Below, piece after piece: positions 33,785 to 42,435 of a DNA stretch of 64,000 nucleotides. A program made the position numbers and the translations under genes. The stretch spans positions 22,718 through 86,717 of the forward strand of contig JASHRG010000007.1 of the NCBI GenBank assembly GCA_030037495.1, written 5' to 3'. The DNA is from Candidatus Micrarchaeota archaeon (lineage in GTDB: Archaea > Micrarchaeota > Micrarchaeia > Micrarchaeales > Micrarchaeaceae). Numbering within the stretch: the first letter of the stretch is position 1; each line of letters starts with the position of its first letter. The notes beneath the pieces are model-generated. The model saw only the letters and a program-made list of their open reading frames with translations. It was not told the DNA's origin and made no database searches.

Positions 33785-35098
33785 TCACTTCAACTCCCTG
33801 TATTTGTAGTGGCCCTCGAACATGTCAGTCTCTTTCTGTGTTGTGAACCAGACATTGCTTATATCCAATTTCGGTATAGTTCCAAAATGTCCGGAATTGA
33901 CCTTCTCGTGCAATAGCGAAGCAACAGTACTCTTTGCAACAGGGCTTTCCATCCTTGATATTCCTGCCGAGAGAAAGCCTGAAACAAGCAGCTTTCTTGT
34001 AGTTGTCTTATCAGTGCCCTTTGACATCAGATAAAACTCTGATTCTTCGTCAATCGGTGCAGTAGCAGAAGAGTGCGTAGCTTTTACATCAGAGTTTTTT
34101 ATCGCCATTCCTGGAATTGAGCTCATATACGCGTTTTTATCCAGAAGTATGCCACGCTCGTTCACAAAAGATCTTGATCCCTTCGCATCAGGCCCTACGT
34201 CAGCGAAACCTTTGAGCAAACAAACTGATTTGTCCATTAGAGCTGCGCGCGATCCCAGGTCGGAAACAGTGTCATGGCCAATGTTTGCTATTACCGTATT
34301 GAGGTCAAACTTCTGTTCAGACGAGCCCATTATCAGCTCAACAACATCATTTCTTGATCCGTGGCCGTTTGCAAACAGTTCATTTTTTGCCCTTGTATTT
34401 AACCCTCCGTTATAAACGTAGTTCATGCCAAGCCTTCCGTTATCCGCGGTCTTTGCCTTTGAGAAATTAAGCACATACGTATTCTGATCCTCATTGTGCA
34501 CAATGTTAATCTCTGACTTAGAATACGGTCCAGCACTGACCTCATGGAGCACACCTAGTAATGAGCTTCCTTTACCATTGGTCTTTGAGGCAAACCATTC
34601 AAACAGGTTCAGTTCAGACTCACGGCCAATTTTGATTATCACCTGCACAGTTGACGGCGCCATGAAGTTTGCAAAAAGCATGTTGATGCTGGCCTTTTTC
34701 CCGTCTGGAACATCAATAAACACGTATTTTCTAGAGGTTGCGTGTATTAAGGCGACAAGCTTGTCTTCATGGCTCTTGTACATCTTTCCATGTAGGAGCT
34801 CCTCAGTTACCTGGTTTGCATCAAGTATACGCACGAACTCTAGTTGTTTCTCAATTATGTGCCTAGTGCTGCCTACTATCACATCTGGCTTTACGCTTAG
34901 ATTATCCTGAAATGATTTTGCAAGCTCTTTAAGCCCTGCCTCCTCAGCTCCACCGCCATCTTTTGTGTCTATTAAGGACTTATATAACTCTTCAATTGGC
35001 AGAGGCAGGAAATATCTTTTGTATAGCTCGCTCTGCTCCTCAGGCAACGCCTTAGTAAGCTCCTCTGCTTCTTTGTAGAACGCCTTGTAATATTCCAT
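33785..35098 (-). CDS. sufD: Fe-S cluster assembly protein SufD
   Basis: SufB/SufD beta-helix C-terminal region (..VKATHSSATAPIDEESEFYLMSKGTDKTTTRKLLVSGFL). Confidence 0.8.
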   Translation of the reverse strand: MEYYKAFYKEAEELTKALPEEQSELYKRYFLPLPIEELYKSLIDTKDGGGAEEAGLKELAKSFQDNLSVKPDVIVGSTRHIIEKQLEFVRILDANQVTEELLHGKMYKSHEDKLVALIHATSRKYVFIDVPDGKKASINMLFANFMAPSTVQVIIKIGRESELNLFEWFASKTNGKGSSLLGVLHEVSAGPYSKSEINIVHNEDQNTYVLNFSKAKTADNGRLGMNYVYNGGLNTRAKNELFANGHGSRNDVVELIMGSSEQKFDLNTVIANIGHDTVSDLGSRAALMDKSVCLLKGFADVGPDAKGSRSFVNERGILLDKNAYMSSIPGMAIKNSDVKATHSSATAPIDEESEFYLMSKGTDKTTTRKLLVSGFLSAGISRMESPVAKSTVASLLHEKVNSGHFGTIPKLDISNVWFTTQKETDMFEGHYKYRELK

Positions 35099-35111
35099 TT
35101 ACCCCACGTTA

Positions 35112-37610
35112 TTAACCGACTCCTCCGGAAGTGTCTAGCTTTATCAGTCTCTTTAATTCTATTGAGTATTCAAGCGGCAGCACCTTAGCAAGGTCTTCTA
35201 TGAAGCCAAGCACAATTGTTGCTATTGCCTCATCTTCTGTCAATCCTCTAGACATCATGTAGAAGAGCTGTTCGCTGCCTATTTTTCCTACAGTCGCTTC
35301 GTGCGTTATTACGGCATCGTCCCTGTAAACCTGCATGTATGGATACGTTGCAGTCTTGGAGTGTTGATCCAGAAGCAAGGCATCGCACCTGACGTTTGAC
35401 TTTACTCCAGATGCGTTCTTTGCTATATGAAGAAGCCCTCTGTAAGCTGCGACACCTGAGCCCTTCGAAACGCTCTTCGATACTATCTTTGATGAGGTAT
35501 TAGGCGCAAGATGGTAGATTTTCCCACCTGAGTCTTGCGTCTGACCCTCCCCAGCCACTGCTATTGACAGAACCTCCCCACGGGCACCAGTTCCTTTTAA
35601 GTAAACTGAAGGATATTTCATATTCAATCGACTGCCTATATTGCCATCGATCCATTCCACATATGCATTCTCATAAGCAAACGCACGCTGCGTAACAAGG
35701 TTGTAAACGTTCTTTGACCAGTTCTGTATTGTAACGTATCTTATGTGCGCGTCTTTGTGCGCAACAAGCTCAACTACTGCAGAGTGGAGAGATGAGCTCA
35801 TGTATATTGGTGCTGTACAGTTGTGAACTGCAAACCCTTTCACGAGATACGATTCATCATTGCTAACTGCGAAGTTGTAAACAAGATCTTTGAAAGCATG
35901 CCTCATAATTTTCTTTATCGGTACTAGGAACGTATTGCTCTTCTTCCTAACTTCTCCGATCCTCCGCCCCTCGGTGTACTCTATTATGTACTGATCACTC
36001 CTTTTAATCATCCTCCCCAGAATGCGGTCTTTTGAACTGTGTCTTATGTTTAAATTCGCGAAAATTCCGTTTCTTCCCAGGATCTCTTGAATCTGATAAG
36101 CCAAAAACCTACTTGCGGTTGAAGCACGTTTCAGTTTCTTTCCATATCTGACATACGTATTGCCATCGCCTTTCCAGTAGTAATCAACTAATACAAATTG
36201 CTTTTCAGGTGGCAAGTTCATTATCGTCTTAGAAAGAAGCTTTGTCTTTGCTCCTTTCCCACAGTTATTTTCGCAAAGCGCGACCAGCTCTTTATTATAA
36301 GAGCTGACGACGTAATAGCCACCATTAGTTCTAAAAACGCTTGACTTCCAACCCTCTCCTTGTATTAGAGAATTCACCTCCCGCGCAAGGGCAGCCTCCT
36401 TAATGCTTTTCCCAAAACTGAACGACACGCTTTTTATTCCACGTAGCGCTTTGTTTGAACTCACAGATCCTTCAGCTAGGTAAAGACCCAAGATTTTCAG
36501 CAATTTATTGTCAATAAGTGGATCATCAGAGCTTTGTGTCGGTGCAATATAAACTATAAAGTCCCCTTCTTCCAGGTCATCAGCCTTAACAAACGCTGGC
36601 TCGGCCTTTAAGAGTTCTTTTGTCGATACTTCTGGTTTCCAGGTTCCCCTTCGTTTTCTTTTAGTAAGAACCACATTACGCTTTACGCACAAAACAGGGT
36701 GTTCACCTGTCAAACGGAATCCGTTGCCTTTTGACTGCGGCAAGATTTCAAGAATGGTTCCCTTATGCTTGTGCACAAAAGTTTCATTTACTGTTTGCAT
36801 ACTGCCTTTATGAGTTGGGACAGTATCGCCCTTTTTTATCTCGTCTATTCTACCGAAAGTGTCTCCTCTGCTGACTATCTCATCTGCAGGTAGGCAGCCT
36901 TCAATATAGGTTACATCTGCGCCCTCATCAGCAATGATAAGTGTTCTCTCAAACTGACCCGCCTTCTCCGCGTTGATCCTGAAATATGCCTGCAGTGGCA
37001 TTGCAACTTTAATCCCCTTTGGCACGTAGATGAATGAGCCGCCTGAGAAAACGGCTGTGTTCAGCGCTGCAAATTTATTGTCAGATGGTGGTATAATTGT
37101 GCCGAAATACTTCTTCACTATCTCTGGGTACTTTTTTATTGCAGTATCGGTATCAGTGAATATTACACCCTGTTTTTCCAGGTCCTCCCTCACATGATGG
37201 TATACAACTTCTGAATCGTACTGCGCCTCAGCCCCAGAGAAGAACTTTCTCTCCGCTTCAGGTATTCCAAGCTTATCAAATGTCTTCTTTATGTCATCAG
37301 GGACGTTCTCCCATGCATCAGCCTTCTGAGCCCCAGGCTTCAGATAGTAGTAAATGTCGTTATAGTCAATCTCGCTCAGGTCGCCGCCCCATGTAGGAGT
37401 TGGTTTCTCTCTAAATATCTTGTAGCCAGCCAGTCTCTTTTCAAGCATCCACTCCGGCTCTTCCTTTATCTTTGATATCTCCCTTACAGTCTCTTCAGTA
37501 AGCCCCTTCTTGGTAATGTGCTCGTACTTATGTTCGTCCCTAAAGCCATACAGCTCCTTGTATTCACTACTCTGCTGCTCCAGTATAGCTTTGAGATTTT
37601 CATCAGCCAT
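35112..37610 (-). CDS. sufB: Fe-S cluster assembly protein SufB, interrupted by an intein
   Basis: The exteins total 479 aa counted from the ORF-track TTG start 37628 (473 aa from the chosen ATG 37610) and join as ...ADVTYIEG / CTAPIYMSSSLHSAVVELV..., restoring the conserved EGCTAP motif. The ORF-track TTG lies inside the promoter palindrome, so ATG 37610 (MADENLK) was chosen as the start. Confidence 0.9.
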   Translation of the reverse strand: MADENLKAILEQQSSEYKELYGFRDEHKYEHITKKGLTEETVREISKIKEEPEWMLEKRLAGYKIFREKPTPTWGGDLSEIDYNDIYYYLKPGAQKADAWENVPDDIKKTFDKLGIPEAERKFFSGAEAQYDSEVVYHHVREDLEKQGVIFTDTDTAIKKYPEIVKKYFGTIIPPSDNKFAALNTAVFSGGSFIYVPKGIKVAMPLQAYFRINAEKAGQFERTLIIADEGADVTYIEGCLPADEIVSRGDTFGRIDEIKKGDTVPTHKGSMQTVNETFVHKHKGTILEILPQSKGNGFRLTGEHPVLCVKRNVVLTKRKRRGTWKPEVSTKELLKAEPAFVKADDLEEGDFIVYIAPTQSSDDPLIDNKLLKILGLYLAEGSVSSNKALRGIKSVSFSFGKSIKEAALAREVNSLIQGEGWKSSVFRTNGGYYVVSSYNKELVALCENNCGKGAKTKLLSKTIMNLPPEKQFVLVDYYWKGDGNTYVRYGKKLKRASTASRFLAYQIQEILGRNGIFANLNIRHSSKDRILGRMIKRSDQYIIEYTEGRRIGEVRKKSNTFLVPIKKIMRHAFKDLVYNFAVSNDESYLVKGFAVHNCTAPIYMSSSLHSAVVELVAHKDAHIRYVTIQNWSKNVYNLVTQRAFAYENAYVEWIDGNIGSRLNMKYPSVYLKGTGARGEVLSIAVAGEGQTQDSGGKIYHLAPNTSSKIVSKSVSKGSGVAAYRGLLHIAKNASGVKSNVRCDALLLDQHSKTATYPYMQVYRDDAVITHEATVGKIGSEQLFYMMSRGLTEDEAIATIVLGFIEDLAKVLPLEYSIELKRLIKLDTSGGVG
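35820..36896 (-). mobile_element. intein (359 aa) with LAGLIDADG homing-endonuclease domain inside SufB
   Basis: Begins CLPADEIV (Cys1, block A). Block B is RLTGEHPVL. LAGLIDADG motifs are LKILGLYLAEGSVS and FVLVDYYWKGDGNTY. It ends ..VYNFAVSNDESYLVKGFAVHN followed by +1 Cys (CTAP). Confidence 0.88.
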
Positions 37611-37630
37611 TATTACCCCCGTAATCAATA

Positions 37631-37651
37631 TTTTATAACTGAGTTATAAAA
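37631..37651. promoter_or_regulatory. AT-rich perfect palindrome TTTTATAAC-TGA-GTTATAAAA upstream of sufB (TATA box and/or operator)
   Basis: Read directly from the sequence. It lies 21-41 nt upstream of ATG 37610 on the minus strand. Confidence 0.5.
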
Positions 37652-37740
37652 TACTATACCTATTTCCGGGGCAACGTTTAAATACTATCTATAATTACGG
37701 AAGGAAGCCCTCTTCAAAAAGTGCAAAGCCTTTAATTCGT

Positions 37741-39399
37741 TTGATTCAAAATCATTATGTAATCGGTGGTGAGTTGCCAAAGCATGAGTTTAGGAACGAG
37801 TCTACCTACAAGAGATTGCTTGAGGCAGGGAAGGAGCAGGATTTTGACTTGCTTTTCGATGCCGCAGTTGTAGAGGCGAAACACGGATTTGGCAAAACCT
37901 ACCCTATGTTTATAGCTGGAAAAGAGGTAAGATCAGAGGGCAGGATAGAGGAGCGGTCGCCAATAGACGGAACAGTAATTGGTTACTTCCAGAAGGGCAA
38001 TAGGGAGCATGCAAGAGAAGCAATAAAGGCGGCAAAGAGCGCATTTGTAGCATGGAGCAACACTGATTACAGTACAAGAGCTTCAGTATTCAGGAAAGTT
38101 GCCTCAGTATTCTCAGAAAACAAGTTCGCTTTGGCAGCAATACTAAGCTATGAGAACGGAAAGTCAAGGTATGAATCAGTAGGTGAAGTTGACGAAGCTA
38201 TAGACTTCATGCGCTACTATGCTAATGAAATTGAGATAAACAAGGGTTTTATCAGAAAGACCTCAATGACACAGAGCACTGTAAAGGTGAGCGCAGGTTT
38301 TCAGGGCGCACCATCCACAAGGTCAGAAAAAGTGACAATAAGACTAGCCCCATTCGGTGTTTTCGGTATAATAGCACCGTTCAACTTCCCTGTATCAATT
38401 TCTGTAGGTATGAGCGTAGGCGCCATGATAACAGGCAACACTGTTGTTTTCAAGCCATCAGCTTCTGACAGTAAAACCATGCTAACAGGGCTTAGGATAT
38501 ACGAGTACATGAAACAGGGTGGAGTCCCTGATGGGGTTTTCAACTATGTAAGCGGCCCTGGGCCGGAGGTCGGAGATGAGATGGTAGTAAGCAAGGATGT
38601 TGCAGGAATAGCTTTTACTGGCTCAAGAGACGTTGGGACCAGAATGATATCAAAGTCTTATGCACTCGGTCTGCAGAAAACATTTGTTGTTGAAATGGGA
38701 GGTAAGAATCCTGTAATAGTTTCAAAGAACGCAGAGCTTGACGATGCGGTTTCTGGAGTAGCGAGTGCTGCCTTTGGGTTTGATGGTCAAAAATGCAGTG
38801 CCTGCTCAAGGGTTTACGTGCACGAATCTATAAAAGAACAGTTCGTTAGCAAGCTGATAGAAAAGACAAGGAACTTCAAAATAGGCAACCCACTGGAAAA
38901 ATCAGTGTACATTGGTCCCCTAATAAGCGAGAATGCTTACAATACATACAAAGAGGCAGTTGAGAAGGCAAAGGAAACAGGCAGAATTCTCTACGGCGGC
39001 AATGCTGTTAACACTGGGATGAACGGATATTACGTGGAACCTACAATAATTGAGGTAAGACATGACAACGAATTAGCCCATAAAGAACTGTTTGTGCCAA
39101 TCCTTAGCGTGGAGGGCTACAAAGACTTTGACAACGCAATTGACCTTGCAAACGACGTGGATTATGGACTTACAGCAGGACTTTATAGCAAGAAAAAGAG
39201 AGAGATAGACCAGTTTTCAAAGATGATAGAAGCTGGCACAGTTTACATAAACAGATATACCAGCGCAACCACTGGAGCAATAGTCGGTCTTCATACGTTT
39301 GTTGGCTGGAAAGGAAGCAGCGTAAACGGAAAGGGCACTGGCAGCAAGTTCTATCTCCCGCAGTTCATGAGAGAGCAGAGCATGTCGATTACAAAGTGA
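37741..39399 (+). CDS. aldehyde dehydrogenase family; 1-pyrroline-5-carboxylate (glutamate semialdehyde) dehydrogenase-like
   Basis: FTGSRDVG, VEMGGKNP and GQKCSACSRVYV (catalytic Cys). The N-terminal region aligns by eye with RocA/PruA-type P5CDH. A GTTTAAATAC TATA-like element lies at 37675-37685. Confidence 0.75.
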   Translation: MIQNHYVIGGELPKHEFRNESTYKRLLEAGKEQDFDLLFDAAVVEAKHGFGKTYPMFIAGKEVRSEGRIEERSPIDGTVIGYFQKGNREHAREAIKAAKSAFVAWSNTDYSTRASVFRKVASVFSENKFALAAILSYENGKSRYESVGEVDEAIDFMRYYANEIEINKGFIRKTSMTQSTVKVSAGFQGAPSTRSEKVTIRLAPFGVFGIIAPFNFPVSISVGMSVGAMITGNTVVFKPSASDSKTMLTGLRIYEYMKQGGVPDGVFNYVSGPGPEVGDEMVVSKDVAGIAFTGSRDVGTRMISKSYALGLQKTFVVEMGGKNPVIVSKNAELDDAVSGVASAAFGFDGQKCSACSRVYVHESIKEQFVSKLIEKTRNFKIGNPLEKSVYIGPLISENAYNTYKEAVEKAKETGRILYGGNAVNTGMNGYYVEPTIIEVRHDNELAHKELFVPILSVEGYKDFDNAIDLANDVDYGLTAGLYSKKKREIDQFSKMIEAGTVYINRYTSATTGAIVGLHTFVGWKGSSVNGKGTGSKFYLPQFMREQSMSITK

Positions 39400-39454
39400 T
39401 TTAACGAAAGACTTACACGAATTAATTACGGTTTATATAAAGGAAAACAAGGTA

Positions 39455-39853
39455 ATGCAAGTTGCAACAGAAAGGAATGGACAACCTTGGCTTTCAACGC
39501 TGAACTATGTATTTGATAATGACCTTAATCTGTATTGGTTATCACTTCGCAGTAGGAGGCATTCTAAGGAGCTTATGGCCAACAAAAAAGTATCAGCTGC
39601 AATCCTGCACGACCCTGAAGTTAAAAGGTGTTTGCATATAGAGGGCGAGGCACGAGAGGTTACAGGTAAAGAGATAACACCAGTCCACAAGTTGTATTGT
39701 GAAAAATACGGTGACAAACCAGAAAGGCTGGCTGACGCACAATCTGGCGATCCAGACAGAAGGGCATACTATGTAATCAAGCCCAAGATATTTGTTTTGT
39801 TTGATGAGATTAACTTCCCAAACCAGCCAAGGCAGGAATTCAAAATTAAGTGA
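39455..39853 (+). CDS. pyridoxamine 5'-phosphate oxidase-like FMN-binding (split-barrel) protein
   Basis: MQVATERNGQPWLSTLNYVFDNDLNLYWLSLRSRRHSKEL fits the general stress protein 26 / PNPOx-like pattern. Confidence 0.55.
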   Translation: MQVATERNGQPWLSTLNYVFDNDLNLYWLSLRSRRHSKELMANKKVSAAILHDPEVKRCLHIEGEAREVTGKEITPVHKLYCEKYGDKPERLADAQSGDPDRRAYYVIKPKIFVLFDEINFPNQPRQEFKIK

Positions 39854-40236
39854 GCAACTACATGGAGTACAGAACAACAAAGGTAAAGATTAGGGACAAG
39901 ACGCTAATTGCAAGGATAGCAGACAACATGGTGAAAAGAGGTAGAGGATTATCAGATACTCCCGCACTAGCAGAAAACGAATGCATGCTGTTTATTTTTC
40001 CTTACATGGGCAAGCACACCCTATGGATGCGCGGAATGAGATTTAGCATAGACGTCATTTGGCTCGATGAGAAAAAACAAGTGGTTGACACCAGAGCAAA
40101 TCTAAGGCCATCAGCGTTCTTCGATTTCAGTACACATAGCCCAAGACTTCTTGCGAAATATGTTATAGAACTTCCAGCCGGGTTCATAACCAGGAACAGG
40201 GTCAATGTTGCCACTAAGGTCAGCTTTAAAGAATAA
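39850..40236 (+). CDS. DUF192 family protein (second copy)
   Basis: RGRGLSDTPALAENECMLFIFPYMGKHTLWMRGMRFSIDVIWLDEKKQVV matches DUF192. 4-nt overlap with the upstream gene. Confidence 0.6.
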   Translation: MSNYMEYRTTKVKIRDKTLIARIADNMVKRGRGLSDTPALAENECMLFIFPYMGKHTLWMRGMRFSIDVIWLDEKKQVVDTRANLRPSAFFDFSTHSPRLLAKYVIELPAGFITRNRVNVATKVSFKE

Positions 40237-40265
40237 AGAAAAAGAAAAACAAAAATTAAAAACGG

Positions 40266-40487
40266 TTAGCGTCCCCTTCTGTTCATCTTCGCTCTTGCTA
40301 CGTATCCTCCCTTGTCTATGAAGTACAGGTATCCCATATCCCTTTTTATCTTCTCGCTGCCTACCTTCGCTTTTCTGCCGCGCGAGTTTGTCTTCATGGG
40401 AGTCCTCCACACGTACCCGTCCTTTCCGAGGAAATACAAGTACCCGTCCTCTCTGCCTATTTTCTCTCTTCCGATTCTTTCTGCCAT
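40266..40487 (-). CDS. small basic protein with two tandem GYLYF-x-x-K-x-GYV repeats
   Basis: REKIGREDGYLYFLGKDGYVWRTPMK / SEKIKRDMGYLYFIDKGGYVARAKMN. ATG 40487 is preceded by AAGGTG (SD-like). Confidence 0.5.
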   Translation of the reverse strand: MAERIGREKIGREDGYLYFLGKDGYVWRTPMKTNSRGRKAKVGSEKIKRDMGYLYFIDKGGYVARAKMNRRGR

Positions 40488-40624
40488 GGTATACACCTTG
40501 ATTATTCTATGAATGCTCAGTATTAAATATCTATCGTCGGTATACCGTCAGAAAAGTGCACATTTATTAATGCAAAGTCGCTGGAGCTCTTTATATATCT
40601 TGCCTCGCAACTAGTAGAGGTGCA

Positions 40625-41371
40625 ATGCTTAACATAAAAATGCTTGACAAAGCAGCGTTTACCGACTATACTTTCATAGAAGGATTTCCCGGAGCAGGGC
40701 TTGTTGGCCCAATGGCGATAAGCTACATAGTTGAGAAACTAAACATGAAGTACATAGGGTACATAGAAAGCGACCAGTTTCCCCCGCTTGTTGCAATACA
40801 TGATGACATGCCGTTGCCGCCGGTGAGGATATACTACAGCGACAAGGCAAAGATAATTACGATACTTGCAGAGTTTGCCATACCAATAGAGACAACATAC
40901 GAGCTTGCAGGCAAAATATACGAATTCGCGAAAAGCGGCGGTATTTCAAAGATAGTTTCCATAGGTGGGATACCCTCCCAGCAGCAGAACCTTGAAGAGG
41001 AGACGGTTTTTGTTATAGCGTCAAATGATTCGCTCAGGAAAGAGGCGCAGAAAGCAGGCCTCAAGCCAGTTGGGGAAGGCGTTGCAACTGGAGTAAGCGC
41101 AATAATGCTGATGAATGCCGCGCTGCAAGGAACACCAGATATGAGCATATTGATACCTGTTGACCCAAACATACTTGACCCGAAATATGCAGAGCTCGCA
41201 ATAGTCAGCCTTAACAAGCTCATCAACCTTAATGTTGACGTCAAAGAGCTCGATAAGGAGGCAAAGGATGTAGAAGCAAGAATTAAGGACCTACTAAAAA
41301 GGAACAAGGAGGTACAGGACGCGCACAAGAAGGCCACCGGGGGCGAAACAGGGCCCTCAATGTACGCCTAG
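40625..41371 (+). CDS. PAC2 (COG1938) family protein, second paralog
   Basis: FIEGFPGAGLVGPMAISYIVEKLNMKYIGYIESDQFPP, plus a C-terminal coiled/charged tail. Confidence 0.6.
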   Translation: MLNIKMLDKAAFTDYTFIEGFPGAGLVGPMAISYIVEKLNMKYIGYIESDQFPPLVAIHDDMPLPPVRIYYSDKAKIITILAEFAIPIETTYELAGKIYEFAKSGGISKIVSIGGIPSQQQNLEEETVFVIASNDSLRKEAQKAGLKPVGEGVATGVSAIMLMNAALQGTPDMSILIPVDPNILDPKYAELAIVSLNKLINLNVDVKELDKEAKDVEARIKDLLKRNKEVQDAHKKATGGETGPSMYA

Positions 41372-41411
41372 TCCAATCCTTTTATATTTGATACACGAAC
41401 AATCTACTCAT

Positions 41412-41516
41412 GCAGGGGTGGCAGAGCCTGGAATGGCATCTATTGCCACGGAAAATGCGCGGGACTTAAGATCCCGTGGCTTAGCGCCTTCGAGAGTTCA
41501 AATCTCTCCCCCTGCA
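41412..41516 (+). tRNA. tRNA-Leu (anticodon UAA) with ~18-20-nt insertion (intron) in the D-loop
   Basis: Acceptor GCAGGGG/CCCCTGC, D stem GCAG/ATGC, anticodon arm CGGGA-CTTAAGA-TCCCG, long variable arm, T arm GAGAG-TTCAAAT-CTCTC. The D-loop is 30 nt versus 11 in the tRNA-Leu(GAG) of this window and contains the hairpin TGGCA-TCTAT-TGCCA (41434-41448). Confidence 0.75.
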
Positions 41517-42286
41517 CCTCTTGTGAGTTCTTCAACCCCAAGCCCTTCTACAGGGATCTTTTTACCATCAAAATAATAGTTGCCACTTCGGTCTCTTGCG
41601 AATCTGCCTAGGGCGATTGCCTGAACAACCTTAGGGTAAACTTCAACGTCGCCAGCCAATTCCAGTCGTTCTCGATTTCTTGCAACAACTTCATCAAATC
41701 TAATCTTATCAGTTTTCAACTCAGACAAGCTTGTGCCGTATAAATCTACACTCACAGCCTGTGAATGCGCAAGAGCCTGGCCTTGATCAACCGCAGGCGT
41801 GACAATGTGGACCACAGACGCCATCCCTCTTTCCCCCTTGAGTATCAGGTCATGAACAGGGTTTATCCCTGTATATACGACTTTGCCGTCGTGTGTTCTA
41901 TGGTTGTCCTGATGCAGGCTCAGGACTCTATCGCCAAACGCGTCTATAAATGACCGTGGTACAATCAAATCGAAGTTTGCCAAAACCACGCAGTCAATAG
42001 GTGGCCTTGCCGACATCAGAACCTTTGTAATTGCCTTGAAGTAATCGTTTCGAGTCTGAGCGCCAGGCTGGCTATGCCTTGTCAGGAACCTTTTGTAATC
42101 CCAAGGAAAATACTCGATGCCGTAGCGCAAGGCAAGTTCCTTTGTCTTATTTCCAGCATTATGGTTATCGGTTACCAAATATGCGACCCTGAATAAAAAT
42201 CCACTGGAAGTAAGTTTCATACGTTGAAGCTGGAGGATCGCCTCTGCGCTTCTTCCAAATCCTGAAGTTAGTAAGCCAACTTGCAT
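41498..42286 (-). CDS. formyltransferase-fold protein (PurN/Fmt N-terminal domain-like)
   Basis: MQVGLLTSGFGRSAEAIL..., VVLANFDLIVP..VLSLHQ.., SVVHIVTPAVDQGQAL parallels the formyl_trans_N motifs (SG.GsN, NiHPSLLP, vH.v...lDtG.ii). The His and Asp are present, but the catalytic Asn position is Ser. The 3' end overlaps the tRNA-Leu 3' end by 19 nt on the opposite strand. Confidence 0.5.
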   Translation of the reverse strand: MQVGLLTSGFGRSAEAILQLQRMKLTSSGFLFRVAYLVTDNHNAGNKTKELALRYGIEYFPWDYKRFLTRHSQPGAQTRNDYFKAITKVLMSARPPIDCVVLANFDLIVPRSFIDAFGDRVLSLHQDNHRTHDGKVVYTGINPVHDLILKGERGMASVVHIVTPAVDQGQALAHSQAVSVDLYGTSLSELKTDKIRFDEVVARNRERLELAGDVEVYPKVVQAIALGRFARDRSGNYYFDGKKIPVEGLGVEELTRGAGGEI

Positions 42287-42435
42287 TGGTCCGTTATCTT
42301 TAGGAGAGTATAATGGTTTTATAGCAGAGACTGTCAAGCCCCACACCGTTGAAAGGTTCAGAGTTCTTTTATTTATTGCTTCTCATGCAAAGCCAAAGCT
42401 TATATTATTTTTATTAACATCTAAAGTGCGACACA

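Noticed and set aside
39371-39454. Possible N-terminal extension of the PNPOx-like protein. The upstream in-frame sequence reads ..KDLHELITVYIKENKV, which resembles the first helix of the family, but there is no ATG/GTG/TTG.
   Set aside because: A TATA-like TTTATATA (39432-39439) lies inside the putative extension at the right distance for a leaderless mRNA starting at ATG 39455. Unlike rnhB, no essential residue is upstream. This is probably coincidence or an ancestral remnant.
41388-41576. 62-aa plus-strand ORF.
   Set aside because: It is fully explained by tRNA-Leu(UAA) and the end of the convergent formyltransferase-like gene.
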